Notes: generated from the letters alone by a model not told the origin. Shown: positions 28,096 through 40,588, numbered from the stretch's first letter. The stretch is 64,000 nucleotides of DNA from Camelus dromedarius (GCF_036321535.1 NC_087436.1:32800001-32864000), one strand, 5' to 3'. Numbers and translations are program-made.

Positions 28096-28869
28096 CTATA
28101 TGTGTACTTAACAGTCAACATTTATGAATGTAGCATAGATAAAAATAAACTTGGCTTCTTGCTTAGACAATAGTATAACATGTTCACATATTGCCTGTTC
28201 TAATAATTTAGATATTTAAATATGGTTGATGGTAATGGTTATTACTCCCTTTAAATAAGAAGTAGTATGTATTTGAAATTCGGTGATACGTATTAATTAC
28301 ATACTGAGTATTGGAGGTTGTGTTAAGGACTAGTATTTATTCTAGTGCTGTAAAGAGGATCTGGGAATAGATGATCAGGATCTGTCTTGTTTCTCAGTAG
28401 AGCTGCCCAGGAGAGCAGTTCAGATGCATAATGGCAGAGGGGCTCTGTATAATGGTGAGCTCGGGGTAAGATGCTAGTCAAAGTCAGGGAGATAAAGGAG
28501 GAATGAACAGAATGCTGACTGAGCAATTTATCAGGAAAGTCCTGGAGACTAAAAAAAGAAGTGAAGACATCAGAGATATGTCCAAATAGATAAGTATTGT
28601 GCTAATAATCACATGAGGAACTAGTCCCACAAACATGGATCATGTGTTTATTTGAAGGTGAGTTCTTTTTTCTTTTAACATTTTTTATTGATTTATAATC
28701 ATTTTACAATGTGTCAAATTCCAGTGTTCAGCACAATTTTTCAGATATTCATGGACATATACACACTCATTGTCACATTTTTTTCTCTGTGAGTTATAAT
28801 AACATTTTGTGTATATTTCCCTGTGCTATACAGTGTAGTCTATTCTACAATTTTGAAATCCCAGTCTAT

Positions 28870-28891
28870 CCCTTCCCACCCTCCACCCCCC
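28870..28891 (-). other. G-quadruplex-forming polypurine tract in the L1 3'UTR
   Basis: Minus strand reads GGGGGGtggaGGGtGGGaaGGG; a G-rich tract is a known feature of L1 3'UTRs. Confidence 0.65.
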
Positions 28892-28981
28892 TGGTAACCA
28901 CAAGTCTGTATTCTCTGTCTGTGAGTCTATTTCTGTCCTTTATTTATGCTTTGTTTTTGTTTGTTTGTTTGTTTTTGTTTT

Positions 28982-31900
28982 TTAGATTCCACATATGAGC
29001 GATCTCATATGGTATTTTTCTTTCTCTTTCTGGCTTACTTCACTTAGAATGACATTCTCCAGGAGCATCCATGTTGCTGCAAATGGCATTATGTTGTCGG
29101 TTTTTATGGCTGAGTAGTATTCCATTGTATAAATATACCACCTCTTCTTTATCCAGTCACCTGTTGATGGACATTTAGGCTGTTTCCATGTTTTGGCTAT
29201 TGTAAACAGTGCTGCTATGAACGTTGGGGTGCAGGTGTCATCCTGAAGTAGATTTCCTTCTGGATACAAGCCCAGGAGTGGGATTCCTGGGTCATATGGT
29301 AAGTCTATTCCTAGTCTTTTGAGGAATCTCCACACTGTTTTCCACAGTGGCTGCACCAAACTGCATTCCCACCAGCAGTGTAGGAGGGTTCCCCTTTCTC
29401 CACAGCCTCTCCAGCATTTGTCATTTGTGGATTTTTGAATGACGGCCATTCTGACTGGTGTGAGGTGATACCTCATTGTAGTTTTGATTTGCATTTCTCT
29501 GATAATTAGTGATATTGAGCATTTTTTCATGTGCTTTTTGATCATTTGTATGTCTTCCTTGGAGAATTGCTTGTTTAGGTCTTCTGCCCATTTTTGGATT
29601 GAGTTGTTTATTTTTTCTTATTGAGTCGTATGAGCTGCTTATATATTCTGGAGATCAAGCCTTTGTCGGTTTCACTTGCAAAAATTTTCTCCCATTCCGT
29701 AGGTTTTCTTCTTGTTTTACTTCTGGTTTCCTTTGCTGTGCAGAAGCTTGTAAGTTTCATTAGGTCCCATTTGTTTATTCTTGCTTTTATTTCTTCTAGG
29801 AGAAAGTGTTTGAGATGTATGTCAGATAATGTTTTGCCTATGTTTTCCTCTAGGAGGTTTATTGTATCTTGTCTTATGTTTAAGTCTTTAAACCATTTTG
29901 AGTTGATTTTTGTATATGGTGTAAGGGAGTGTTCTAGCTTCATTGTTTTACATGCTGCTGTCCAGTTTTCCCAACACCATTTGCTGAAGAGACTGTCTTT
30001 GTTCCAATGTATATTCTTGCCTCCTTTGTCAAAGATGAGTTGACCAAAAGTTTGTGGGTTCATTTCTGGGCTCTCTATTCTGTTCCATTGGTCTATATGT
30101 CTGTTTTGGTACCAACACCATGCTGTCTTGATGACTGTAGCTCTATAGTATTGTCTGAAGCCTGGGAGAGTTATTCCTCCAGCCTCTTTCTTTCTCTTCA
30201 GTAATGCTTTGGCAATTCTACGTCTTTGATGGTTCCATATGAATTTTATTATGATTTGTTCTAGTTCTGTGAAATATGTCCTGGGTAATTGGATAGGGAT
30301 TGCATGAAATCTGTAGATTGCCTTGGGCAGTGTGACCATTTTAACAATATTGATTCTTCCAATCCAAGAGCATGGAATATCTTTCCATTTTTTAAAATCT
30401 TCTTTAACTTCCTTCATCAATGGTTTATAGTTTTCTGTGTATAATTCTTTCACCTCCTTGGTTAGATTTATTCCCAGATATTTTATTACTTTGGGTGCTA
30501 TTTTAAAGGGGATTGTTTCTTTACTTTCTTCTTCTGTTGATTTATCGTTAGTGTAAGGAAATGCAACTGATTTTTGAACGTTAATCTTGCAACCTGCTAC
30601 CTTGCTGAATTCTTCAATCAGCTCTAGTAGCTTTTGTGTGGACCTTTTAGGGTTTTCTATATATAGTAACATGTCATCAGCATATAATGACACTTTTACC
30701 TCTTCTTTTCCAATTTGGATCCCTTTTATTTCTTTCTCTTGCCTGACTGCTGTGGCTAGGACTTCCAGGACTATGTTGAATAGGAGTGGTGATAGTGGGC
30801 ATCCTTGTCTTGTCCCAGATTTTAGTGGGAAGCTTTTGAGTTTTTCACCGTTGAGTACTATGCTGGCTGTAGGTTTGTCATATATAGCTTTTATTATGTT
30901 GAGATACGTTCCCTCTATACCCACTTTGGCGAGAGTTTTTATCATAAATGGGTGTTGAATTTTATCAGATGCTTTTTCTGCATCGATTGAGATGATCATG
31001 TGGTTTTTGTCTTTTCTCTTGTTGATGTGATGTATTACACTGATTGATTTGCGTATGTTGAACCAGCCTTGTGTCCCTGGGATGAACCCCACTTGGTCAT
31101 GATGTATAATCTTTTTTATGTGTTGTTGGATTCTATTTGCTAAAATTTTGGTGAGGATTTTGGCGTCTATGTTCATCAGTGATATTGGCCTATAATTCTC
31201 TTTTTTTGTAGTGTCTTTGCCTGGTTTTGGTATCAGGGTGATGGTGACTTCATAGAATGAGTTTGGGAGTATTCCCTCCTTTCCGATCGTCTGGAAGAGT
31301 TTGAGAAGGACTGGTATGAGTTCTTCTTTGTATGTTTGGTAGAATTCCCCGGTGAAGCCGTCCGGTCCTGGACTTTTATTTGTAGGGAGGTTTTTAATTG
31401 CTATTTCTATTTCCTTTCTAGTGATCGGATTGTTCAAGCGTTCAGATTCTTCTCGATTCAGTTTTGGTGGACAGTATGTTTCCAGAAACTTGTCCATCTC
31501 CTCTAGGTTATCCAGTTTGGTTCCATATAGTTTTTCATAATATTCTCGTATGATATTCTGTATTTCTATTTTGTTTGTTGTAATTTCTCCATTTTCCTTT
31601 CTTATTTTGCTAATTTGTGCTCTCTCTTTTTTCTTCTTTGTGAGTTTGGCCAGAGGTTTGTCGATTTTATTTACTTTTTCAAAAAACCAGCTTTTGGTTT
31701 GGTTGATTTTTTCTATGGTCTTGTTAATCTCTATTGTATTTAATTCCTCTCTGATCTTTATTATTTCCTTCCTTCTGCTGCTTTTTGGGGCTTTTTGTTC
31801 TTCTTTTTCTAATTCATTCAGGTGGTGGGTTAAATTGTTTACTTGAGATTGTTCTTCTTTTTTGAGGAAGGCCTGTATCGCTATAAACTTCCCTCTTAGC

Positions 31901-32725
31901 ACTGCCTTTGCTGTGTCCCATAGGTTTTGAGTGGTTGTGCTTTCATTATCATTTGTCTCAAGGTATTTTTTAATTTCAGCTTTGATTTCCTCATTGATCC
32001 ATTGTTTTTTCAATAACATATTGTTTAATCTCCATGCTTTCCTTTTTTTCTCCTTTGTTTCTCTGTTGTTGATTTCCAGTTTCATGGCATTGTGGTCAGT
32101 AAAGATGCTTGAGATAATTTCTATCTTCTTAAAATTGTTGAGGTTTCTTTTGTGCCCAAGTGCATGATCGATCCTGGAAAATGTTCCATGTGCACTTGAA
32201 AAGAATGTATATCCTATTTTTGGGGGGTGTTGCCTTGTTTATTTTCTGTCTGGAAGATCTGTCTAGTGATGTTAATGCAGTGTTAAAATCTCCAACTATG
32301 ATTGTATTCCCATCAATATCCCCCTTTATCTCTGTTAGTAATTCTTGTATGTACTTAGGTGCTCCTATATTGGGTGCATATATATTAACGAGTGTAATAT
32401 CCTCATCTTGTATCACTCCTTTAATCATTATAAAATGTCCTTCTTTATCTTTCTTTATGGCCTTTGTTTTAAAGTCTATTTTGTCTGAAATCAGTACTGC
32501 AACACCTGCTTTTTTGGCTTTTCCATTTGCATGGAATATCCTTTTCCATCCTTTCACTCTCAATCTATATGTGTCCTTCTCCCTAAAGTGGGTGTCTTGT
32601 ATGCAGCATATTGAAGGTTCTTGCTTTATTATCCAGTCTGCTACTCTGACTCTGTGTCTTTTGACTGGAGCATTTAGTCCATTAACATTTACAGTAATTA
32701 ATGATGGATGTGTGTTTATTGCCAT
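28982..32725 (-). pseudogene. LINE-1 ORF2 (APE endonuclease, reverse transcriptase, CCHC), disrupted by two frameshifts
   Basis: Three ORF pieces: NVNGLN and GDFN (EN); QGCPLSP and YADD (RT); [19 protein letters not shown] 59-bp deletion near 32230 and a 1-bp loss in the T-run near 29611, both judged against the 9.4-13.3 kb copy. Confidence 0.95.
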
Positions 32726-33129
32726 TTTGAACTTATCTTTGCAGTTGAATTGGTATATCCTCTTTGTTCCTTTCTTCTTCCTTTTGTGGTTTGGTAATTT
32801 TCCTTTGTATTATCATGGATTTTATTTAATTTTTGTGACTCCTTTGTAAATTTTTGGCTTGTGGTTACCCTTTTTTGTAAATCTATCAACCCATTACTAT
32901 AACTGTTTTTATTAAACTGATAGTAACATGATCTCAAAGCCATCCTACTGTTAAAAAAATTTAAAAAAGAAAGAAAAAAATATTCTATATTCCCCTGCCT
33001 CCCTCTCCCACTCTCAGTGATTTGTATGTCTTCTTTTATAATTTCATGTTTACTTTATTTGTAATTCATGAGTTATCACCTTTCCAGTTGTGTGTTTCTC
33101 ATTTCTGTAGCATCCTGCTGCTTTTCTAT

Positions 33130-34032
33130 TTAGAATATCCCTTTCAATATTTCTTTTAGCATGGGTTTAGTGTTGCTAAACTCCTGCAGCTTTTTTCTGT
33201 CTGTGAAACTCTTTATTTCTCCTTCTATCCTCAAGGATAGCCTTGCTGGATAAAGGATCCTAGGCTGCATCTTTTTTTCATTCAGGGCTTTGAATATATC
33301 TTGCCACTCCCTTCTGGCCTGTAGTGTTTGTGTAGAGAAATCAGCTGAGAGCCTTATGGGGGTTCCCTTGTAACTTACTCTTTGCTTTTCTCTTGCTGCC
33401 TTTAGAATCATTTCTTTATCCCTGACTCTGGCCATCTTGATTATGATATGTCTTGGTGTGGGTCTATTTGGGTTCTTCCTGTTTGGGACCCTCTGAGCTT
33501 CCTGTACTTGGATATCTGATTCCTTCTTTAAGTTTGGGAAGTTTTCAGTCATGATTTCTTCAAAAACCTTTTCCATCCCCTTTGATCTTTCTTCTCCTTC
33601 TGGGACCCCTATGATGTGAAGATTGGGACGCTTTATATTATCCCATAGGTCCCTTATGCTATTTTCATTATTTTTTATTTGCTTCTCTTGTAGTTCTTCT
33701 GAATGGGTGCTTTCTATTGCCCTGTCTTCTAGATCACTAATTCGTTCCTCTGCATTATCTAGTCGGCTTTGCACAGCTATTAGATCATTCCTCATCTCTG
33801 TCAATGAGTTTACCCATTCTACTTGGCTCTTCTTTATAGCTTCAATTTCATTTTTGACATATTTTATATCTCTAAACACTATCTCTTTTAATTCCTTCAG
33901 CAATTCGATCACTCCTTTTTTGAAATCTTGATCTAGTAGGCTATCGATGTCCATTTCGTTGATCTTTCTTTCAGGGGATTTCTCTTGTTCTTTTAATTGG
34001 GAAAGGTTTTTCTGCTTCTTCATCTTGCTCAT
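33130..34032 (-). CDS. LINE-1 ORF1p, intact, 300 aa
   Basis: ATG-to-stop ORF with coiled coil, RRM motifs (NLHIIGVPEGEE, TPRHIIIK) and C-terminal motifs (ARREW, YPARLS). Confidence 0.95.
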   Translation of the reverse strand: MSKMKKQKNLSQLKEQEKSPERKINEMDIDSLLDQDFKKGVIELLKELKEIVFRDIKYVKNEIEAIKKSQVEWVNSLTEMRNDLIAVQSRLDNAEERISDLEDRAIESTHSEELQEKQIKNNENSIRDLWDNIKRPNLHIIGVPEGEERSKGMEKVFEEIMTENFPNLKKESDIQVQEAQRVPNRKNPNRPTPRHIIIKMARVRDKEMILKAAREKQRVSYKGTPIRLSADFSTQTLQARREWQDIFKALNEKKMQPRILYPARLSLRIEGEIKSFTDRKKLQEFSNTKPMLKEILKGIF

Positions 34033-35711
34033 ACCTCTTTGGCACTGTGGTGTATGGAGTATCAGTTGTTTATTTTGGTCCTTAAGGATTTTATCTATCT
34101 GATGCCTATTTAGGAATAAAACTTAGGAAAAACAGAAAAAAAAAAATAAGAGAGAGAATTTTAAAAGAAGGGAGAAAGAGGGTTTGAAAACAGTGTATAA
34201 TGAATAATAGAAGAGTGAGTTGAAGCAGAGTATTAATCGGGTTGAGACGTCCTTTTAAAACCTTTACAAAAAAAGGGGGGGGGGAGATGAATAGATGTAT
34301 TTGAAACCTGTGTCTAATCAATAGCAGGACATCAAAACCCAAGAGAAATAGAAATGAATTAAGAAGTAAAGATTAAGAGAGTAATAGAAAATAGAACAGG
34401 TAAAAACATTTAAAAAAAAAGGGGGGGGGGTTGTCGGTGTTCTCCTGGAGTGTGTGTGCTTTTAATGTGAAGTCTTTCTGTCTTCGTCCTGTTTTGGAAG
34501 CTCAGCTTGCTGTTTTCAGAGGCCCTCCGTTGGTGCCCTCTTCTGTGCTGCTCCCAGCACCTGTCGGCAAGCATATCGCGCCTCCTCCTAACACTGGGTC
34601 AGGTGCAGCTCTCTGCTGTGGGCGGGCGGGTCGCTGCCCCTCCCGATGCCGCAGTCAGATGTTGCAGACTGGCCAGGTAGGAGGGCGGGTCGTGCCCCCT
34701 CCCAGCACGTTGGTCAGGGGCTGTGTTCCCGCCCGAAAGGCGGGGAGGGGGGAGCCGCTCTCCCTCTATCTGCGCTGCTGGTGGCTTTGCTGCTCTGTGA
34801 GGCTGCGCGCTCCGCCCTGGTCTGCGCTCTGCAGGTGGGCTTGGGGAAGATGGAGGGACAGCCCTGTCCCTGCTCCGAGCCAGAACCCAGCTCCTTGTTT
34901 GTCTTTGTGGAGCAAGTTCTCTGAGGGACCAGGATGGAAGGATCCTATCTGCCCCGGGCTGCAGGCCAGTCTAAGTCTGGCCTTTGAGGCTGGTAAGCCC
35001 TTCGGTGTGGATGCAGGTTTCGCCCTCGCCCCCGCCCCCGCCTGGGTGCTAATGGCGGAGGATATGGCGGCTGTGCCTGAGCCCCGCCTCTCTTCCCCCG
35101 AAAACTTTCCGTGGGTTTTCAGAGATGGGGGTATGCACCCTTCCCCCAGGAGCACCTCAACCTTGCCGTTTTATGGAGGGCCCAGGTGGTTCTGCCCTGT
35201 ACACCCACAGCCACGGCGCGCATCCCCCTACAGTCCCCCGGGGCTGCCTCCGTGCAGCCACTTCCGTCCTCCGCCCGGCTTGTGCAGCCCGGCCCTGCCC
35301 ACGGCTGCCGGCCCCGCGTCTCAGGCTGGGTGTCGGGGGGACGCTCTGTGCCCGTTTAGCTTAGTTCTTTTAGTCAAGGGCTGCTCTGTACAGATCCGAG
35401 CCTCGGAGGCTCCCCCTCCGTCCCGCTGGCCTGTCAGTTGGAGAGGGGAGACCCAGCGAGCGAGCGCCAGTCCTCCTTTGCCGCTCCCTCCCCGCGGGAC
35501 CCGTCCTGCGCTGCTTTGCCTTTTGCTCTTTCTTTTTTCCTTTTCTCCTACCAGATTTTTGGCGTCTTTATCTTTTGAAGAGGGCGATGTTCTGTCGGAG
35601 TTCCACAGGTGCTCTGGTTGGCTGAGTGGGTCTGTAGATGTGGGTCTTGGTGTATTTGTGGGAGAGGGTGACCTGCGAGCGTCCTTGTACTCCTCCATCT
35701 TCTCCCTCTCT
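34033..35711 (-). promoter_or_regulatory. L1 5'UTR internal promoter; CpG island about 34550-35700
   Basis: Only CpG-dense stretch in the window. Begins agagagggagAAGATGGagg, resembling the YY1-site start of mammalian L1s. Confidence 0.85.
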
Positions 35712-35897
35712 AAGTTGAGTTCTTAAAGTAGCAACACAAGCCTCATTCAAGTAGGCATAAAGATTAATCTCAATAAATTAGTCTTTATAAGAGAATTACA
35801 AAAACTCATTTTGACTAATAAATTTGTTAAGAATTGCCTTATTTACAGACAATGTATATGAGGTTTTTAATATTTGATGTTGATAACTAGCAAATTA

Positions 35898-36222
35898 CAG
35901 GCTTATCTTGTTTTCTTGTGTTTTGCTTTGTTGCATTTCACAGTACAGATAATTGCATTTTTTACAAATTAAAGGTTTGAGGCAATCCCGTGTTGAGCAA
36001 GTCTATCAACACATCATTTTTCCAACAGCATTTTTTTTTAAATTAAGGTATGTACATTTTTTTAAAGACATAATGCTGTTGCACAATTAATAGACTATAG
36101 TATAAAGATAACTTTTTAATGTGCTGAGAAACCAAAAAGTTTTGTGTAACTCACTTTGTTGCAATATTTGCTTTATTGTGGTCATCTGGAACTGAACCTG
36201 AAATACCTCTGAAGTATGCCTG
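35898..36222 (+). mobile_element. Tigger1-derived MITE (Tc1/mariner)
   Basis: Both Tigger1 ends joined. Terminal inverted repeats caggcttatct... / ...gaagtatgcctg, preceded by TA. Confidence 0.85.
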
Positions 36223-36609
36223 TGTTTGGAGATCTCTATCTCTGTATGTATGTATCTCTATATAATTCTGTTTCTGTATTTCTGTGTCTATGTCCAGGTC
36301 CATGTCCATGTCCATGTTCCATGTCCTTACCCATAGCCATATTTATAACTATATCTGTATCTGTATCTCTGCAAGATGTCAACTGGAGATTGGCCGTATC
36401 TTAAGAACTAGATAAGATTTGCTTAAACCTTTATTTCCCTCTGTTTCCTTCTTCTCAAGATTTCTGCAGTTCTTGAAGGAACAGAGGAAGCTTTATGATC
36501 TCATGATAACCTCTGACTCTGAGCTGCTACTTCCACCAAAATAATTTATGTCGCTGAACCTACAGGTTTTCCATTTATTTTCCTAAATAAAGCCAGTTCC
36601 CTTCTTTAA

Positions 36610-37120
36610 TGGTTAGTTTTTGTCACACAACAAGTTGCCTTTAAAATGAGTGGCTTAAAACAACCATTTAATTCAGTTCACTATTCTGTGGATCAGCTGG
36701 GTTGTTCTAAGTCTGGGCTGGCTTGGCTGACCTCTACTGGGGGCTCTCTCATGTATCTGTGGACAGATGGAGGTTGTGTGGTGGCTGAATGATCTGGAAT
36801 GGCCTCATTCACATGTCAGGAATGGATAGACAGCTTGGTTTTGTGTGACTGACATGCCACTGGAATAGCTTGAATATGCTCTGTTCAGGCTCTCATCCTG
36901 GAGCCAGCCGGAGCTTCTTTGCTTGGATGGCTCAGAGCTCCGAAGAATCATAACGTGTAAGTGACTTTTCAAGCCTCTACTTTTGTCACATTTGCTAATG
37001 TCTCATTGGTGAAAATTATTCACATGGCCAAGGCCAAAGTCATTCTGGGAAGAGCTAACCCAAATGCATGGAGCAGTGAGGGAAATTATTGTGGTCATTT
37101 TTGCAAACACTTTACCACAC
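36610..37120 (-). mobile_element. MLT1 (G/H-like) LTR
   Basis: agtggcttaaaacaaccattta...cacatggccaagg...ttaccaca. Confidence 0.65.
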
Positions 37121-37514
37121 CTTCCTAATAGAAATTTACTGTCAGCTATTAAATGCATATATTTTACACTCTGATCTTTACTTTCCCATAATGACTTAAT
37201 TTTCCATTAGATCAGGCAGGGAAGTATTTTCTGCTTCTTTTGTTTCTCTTTTGAAACAGCAACAAATAAAAACATGGTAGCACTGGGCTTTGGGAAGTGT
37301 AATGGGAATTTTCTTGTTAGTACAATGACTAGGAGGCTGTGATGGCATATAGTGGGCAGGGACCAGGAATGCTGAACATTCTTTAATGTGGAGATAGTTT
37401 GGCACAGCACAGTTAAGGCTTATCTTGCCCTTCTTGAGAAACACTGACCTACATGTATCAAGGGGATATTTTTCCTTTTGAATTAATTTCCTTCCTCCTT
37501 TACTGCTTAGGGAG

Positions 37515-37675
37515 GTAATTTTATGATGGAGGCAAAGAAACACTAGACTAAGTGAGAGGAAACTGAATTTCTAATCTTATCTGTGCCACACTTTGACTGC
37601 ATGTCCTGGACTAAATTACTAAAATATTCTTGATCTCGGTTTCCTATCTTAAAGTAACAGCCTTGGATGAGATGA
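37515..37675 (+). mobile_element. MIR fragment
   Basis: aagaaacactagact...ctgaatttctaatc...tctcggtttcctatc. Confidence 0.5.
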
Positions 37676-38321
37676 TATATATTTATTTATGTGCTTATTT
37701 CCCTCATCATTCCACAAAGAATTTGAGATGGCATGAAGAATGCATAAAGCAAAATAAATATTTGAGGAAATCTATATGAAAGGAAAATAAGAAGGGGAGA
37801 ATAAAACATAAGGAAAACTGGTTCACAGAAAACATGCTTTGAGAATCTATATGATTGCTAGACTTAAAGTTTGACTCTTAAGTACACAGGGAAACATGAT
37901 CATTATAGGAGTCACAGCCACTGTAAAAGGAAAATAGAAGTTGTTCAGGCGAAACAAACTATTTTGTTAGACTTGAGAGAACATTACCCCTTAGGATATC
38001 ATGATGATGTATAGAAGACCATATTCTTGAAAGTATATCTGTTAAACAATTTCCACACAGTGATTTCTTATATCCTACAGTGCAAATTGATGTCGTAACA
38101 AAAAGGGACCAAAGCAATGATATCTAAGTGTGCACCTCTGCTGATTTGACTTGTCTCAATGGTAATACATAGACTATTTCCTAGAGGAATGTTCTTAATG
38201 GAGATCCTTCAGGATGCCCTAAATGAATATTATTTTTCACTACTGGGTCTCAATGATCTCAGAATCCTTCCTACCTCCATGATTATTACTTGGGTTTTTG
38301 GAAGAAAACAGACTTCTGGTT

Positions 38322-38680
38322 TGTGTTAGTCTACTAGGGCTACCATAACAATACCACAGATTGAGTGGTTTAAAGGGCAGAAATTAATTTTCTCACAGTT
38401 CTGGAAGCTAGAAGTCCAAGACCAAGGTGTCATCAGGGTTGGTTTCCGGTGATGCCTCTCTTTCTGGCTTGACAGTTGATTTCACACTATTTTCACACGG
38501 CCTTTCCTCTCTGAGTGTGGAAAGAGACAAAGATCTCTGGTCTCCCTCCCTTTTCTAATAAGAGTGCCTGTCCTGTCAGATCAGGTCCACCCTCATGACC
38601 TCATTTAACCTTAATTACCTCCTTAAAGGCTCTGTCTCCAAATACTGCAGGTTAGGACTTAAACAGTTCAGCCCATAATG
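38322..38680 (-). mobile_element. MLT1A/B-like MaLR LTR
   Basis: tgtgttagtc...ctcacagttctggaagctagaagtccaag...atgacctcatttaaccttaattacctcc...ttcagcccataa. Confidence 0.82.
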
Positions 38681-40588
38681 TGGTTCTTTAAGTAATGATA
38701 GTTCTTTAATAATCAACTGACTTACTGAGGGTAATAATATACTGAATGTAGATTTCATTTCATTTTAATATCTTTTTTTTTAGAATTTTCAATTTGAAGT
38801 TAACAGAACCATTTAATTTTTTTCTCCAACATGCTTTGTGTACACATGATAGAATTCCAGAGATTTGACATTTGTATTTACAATAATAAATGGAATTTAT
38901 TGTAATCTGACGCATCTCACCTCTCAGGAAGTCAGTTGAGGTAATTTCACCAATTATAGATGAAAGTGGCTCTTTGGCCTGTCTTCAGAGGGCTTCTTGG
39001 CATTATATGACTTTTGGGATTCATGGGAAGGATTCATTCTTGAGAAGCATGTGTGTGTGTATGCACATGTGTTTGCATACCTATGTTTATACACTAATGC
39101 TAAAGTACAATTAAAGTGAAATAAGTGGACATAAATAATTTATTGTTTATTGAAGTATGATACACACTTTTAGCAATGTTTGGCAAAGGGTAGAATGAGG
39201 TCCATGGTGCCATCTTTATTTAATAACAGAAAATATAGGGCAGCTAACATGCTTTCTAGTTTATCCCAGTGGCAATCTCATTCTTTAGTTCACCAGCAAC
39301 AGCTGTGTCAAATAAACCTAAGTAAAGGAGAAGAGAAGGAGGGGGAGAGTTGGAGAGGGTGGAACTTGAGGTGGGAGTAGCTGCGATAAAAAGAGAGAAA
39401 GCAGTTGCAAAGAGAATTGACTTAGGGTGGTATTTTTCTGAATCTATATTATATTTATGTTAGGATATGTTTTATTGGCTCATAAAATTCAGTCACATGA
39501 GCAGATTCAAAAGTAAAGCAGCAAGCCTCAGTCTATTTGTTATCATTGTAATAGTGTGAAAACCATTTCCATCGCAGGTGTTTCAAAGAATCATAGAGGT
39601 TACATGACTTAAGCATTAACATATTATTATAATAACATGAAGCTGCTACCCTTTGACCCATAAGCTTTTGACTTTAATAATTTCCAGGTTATTCCTTAGC
39701 CAAAATATGTTTTCCCTTCAATTTTCACACTGGTGCACTTTCTTTAATATAAAGTACTAATATAATAAATAAATTATATCCAGATGAAAGCCTGTCATCT
39801 AATACCTCATCCCAGCACAGTGCCTTCAAGTGCTGTAGCAAGTATTTCCCAACAACATGCTGCCTGTATTGGGATAGAGACCTGGGAATCTGGCCGAGGT
39901 GGTATTTGATAAGGGGAGAATGAAATAAATGGATAAGGTCAAGGAAAGGTCAGCTTGGACAAAAGTCTTAGAGGTCAATACTTGCTCTTTTATTCCTTCA
40001 TAAAGTAAAGGAGGGGGTTGGGGTGAAGACAGAAAAACAGAATTCATCACAGATCGAAAAACTTTGTGTCAGATGTGAAATGCACCATATGGAAAAGAAT
40101 GAATGTGTGGGTTCAAGAGTCATCTGGGAGTGATTGGCAGTCATATCATTTGGCTTGCTGCACACTAGATGGCTGTAGTCTGATTTTCTATTTTGTTAAC
40201 CAGGGAGCCATTGATTTCTTAAAGCTGTTACTCTTCCTGAGGGAGTTTATCTGTTTCGTTTTCCACATAGTATGTCCCAAAAGCACAGTGCATATCTAAC
40301 AAGCTCCTAATTACTCAGATTTAGTAATCTTGCAGTCAGTAATTTATAAGAAAGAATGATGACATGTATTTGAACATTGTATACACTAAATGGATACTAT
40401 AGTCATATCCAAGAATTATTATTTACTTTTCTCCTTTCTAGTAAGACAGTCAGATTCTTCTCTTTTCTCTACTTTCCTCCCTCCTTCCCTGCCTCTCTTC
40501 CTTTCTCTTCTTTCCTTCCTTTTTTCCTCCTTTTCTCTCCCATGCCTATACTTTTTTCTCTCTCTCTTTTTTTTTTTTTTTTGGTCAG

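Larger units (their letters stand above)
28668..35711 (-). mobile_element. Full-length young LINE-1 (about 7.04 kb)
   Basis: 5'UTR, ORF1, spacer, ORF2, 3'UTR and T-run (poly-A tail) in order on the minus strand. TSD aaggtgagttctt (28655-28667) / aagttgagttctt (35712-35724), 1 mismatch, followed by AA (TCTT/AA endonuclease-type site). Confidence 0.97.

Noticed and set aside
29621..33931. Plus-strand ORFs of 60-229 aa over L1 (also 10236-10796)
   Set aside because: They are antisense shadows of L1 ORF1/ORF2 codon structure, with no independent protein features.
34766..35750. Sense-strand ORFs of 60-129 aa in the L1 5'UTR
   Set aside because: Lengths are unremarkable for GC-rich DNA; at most uORFs.
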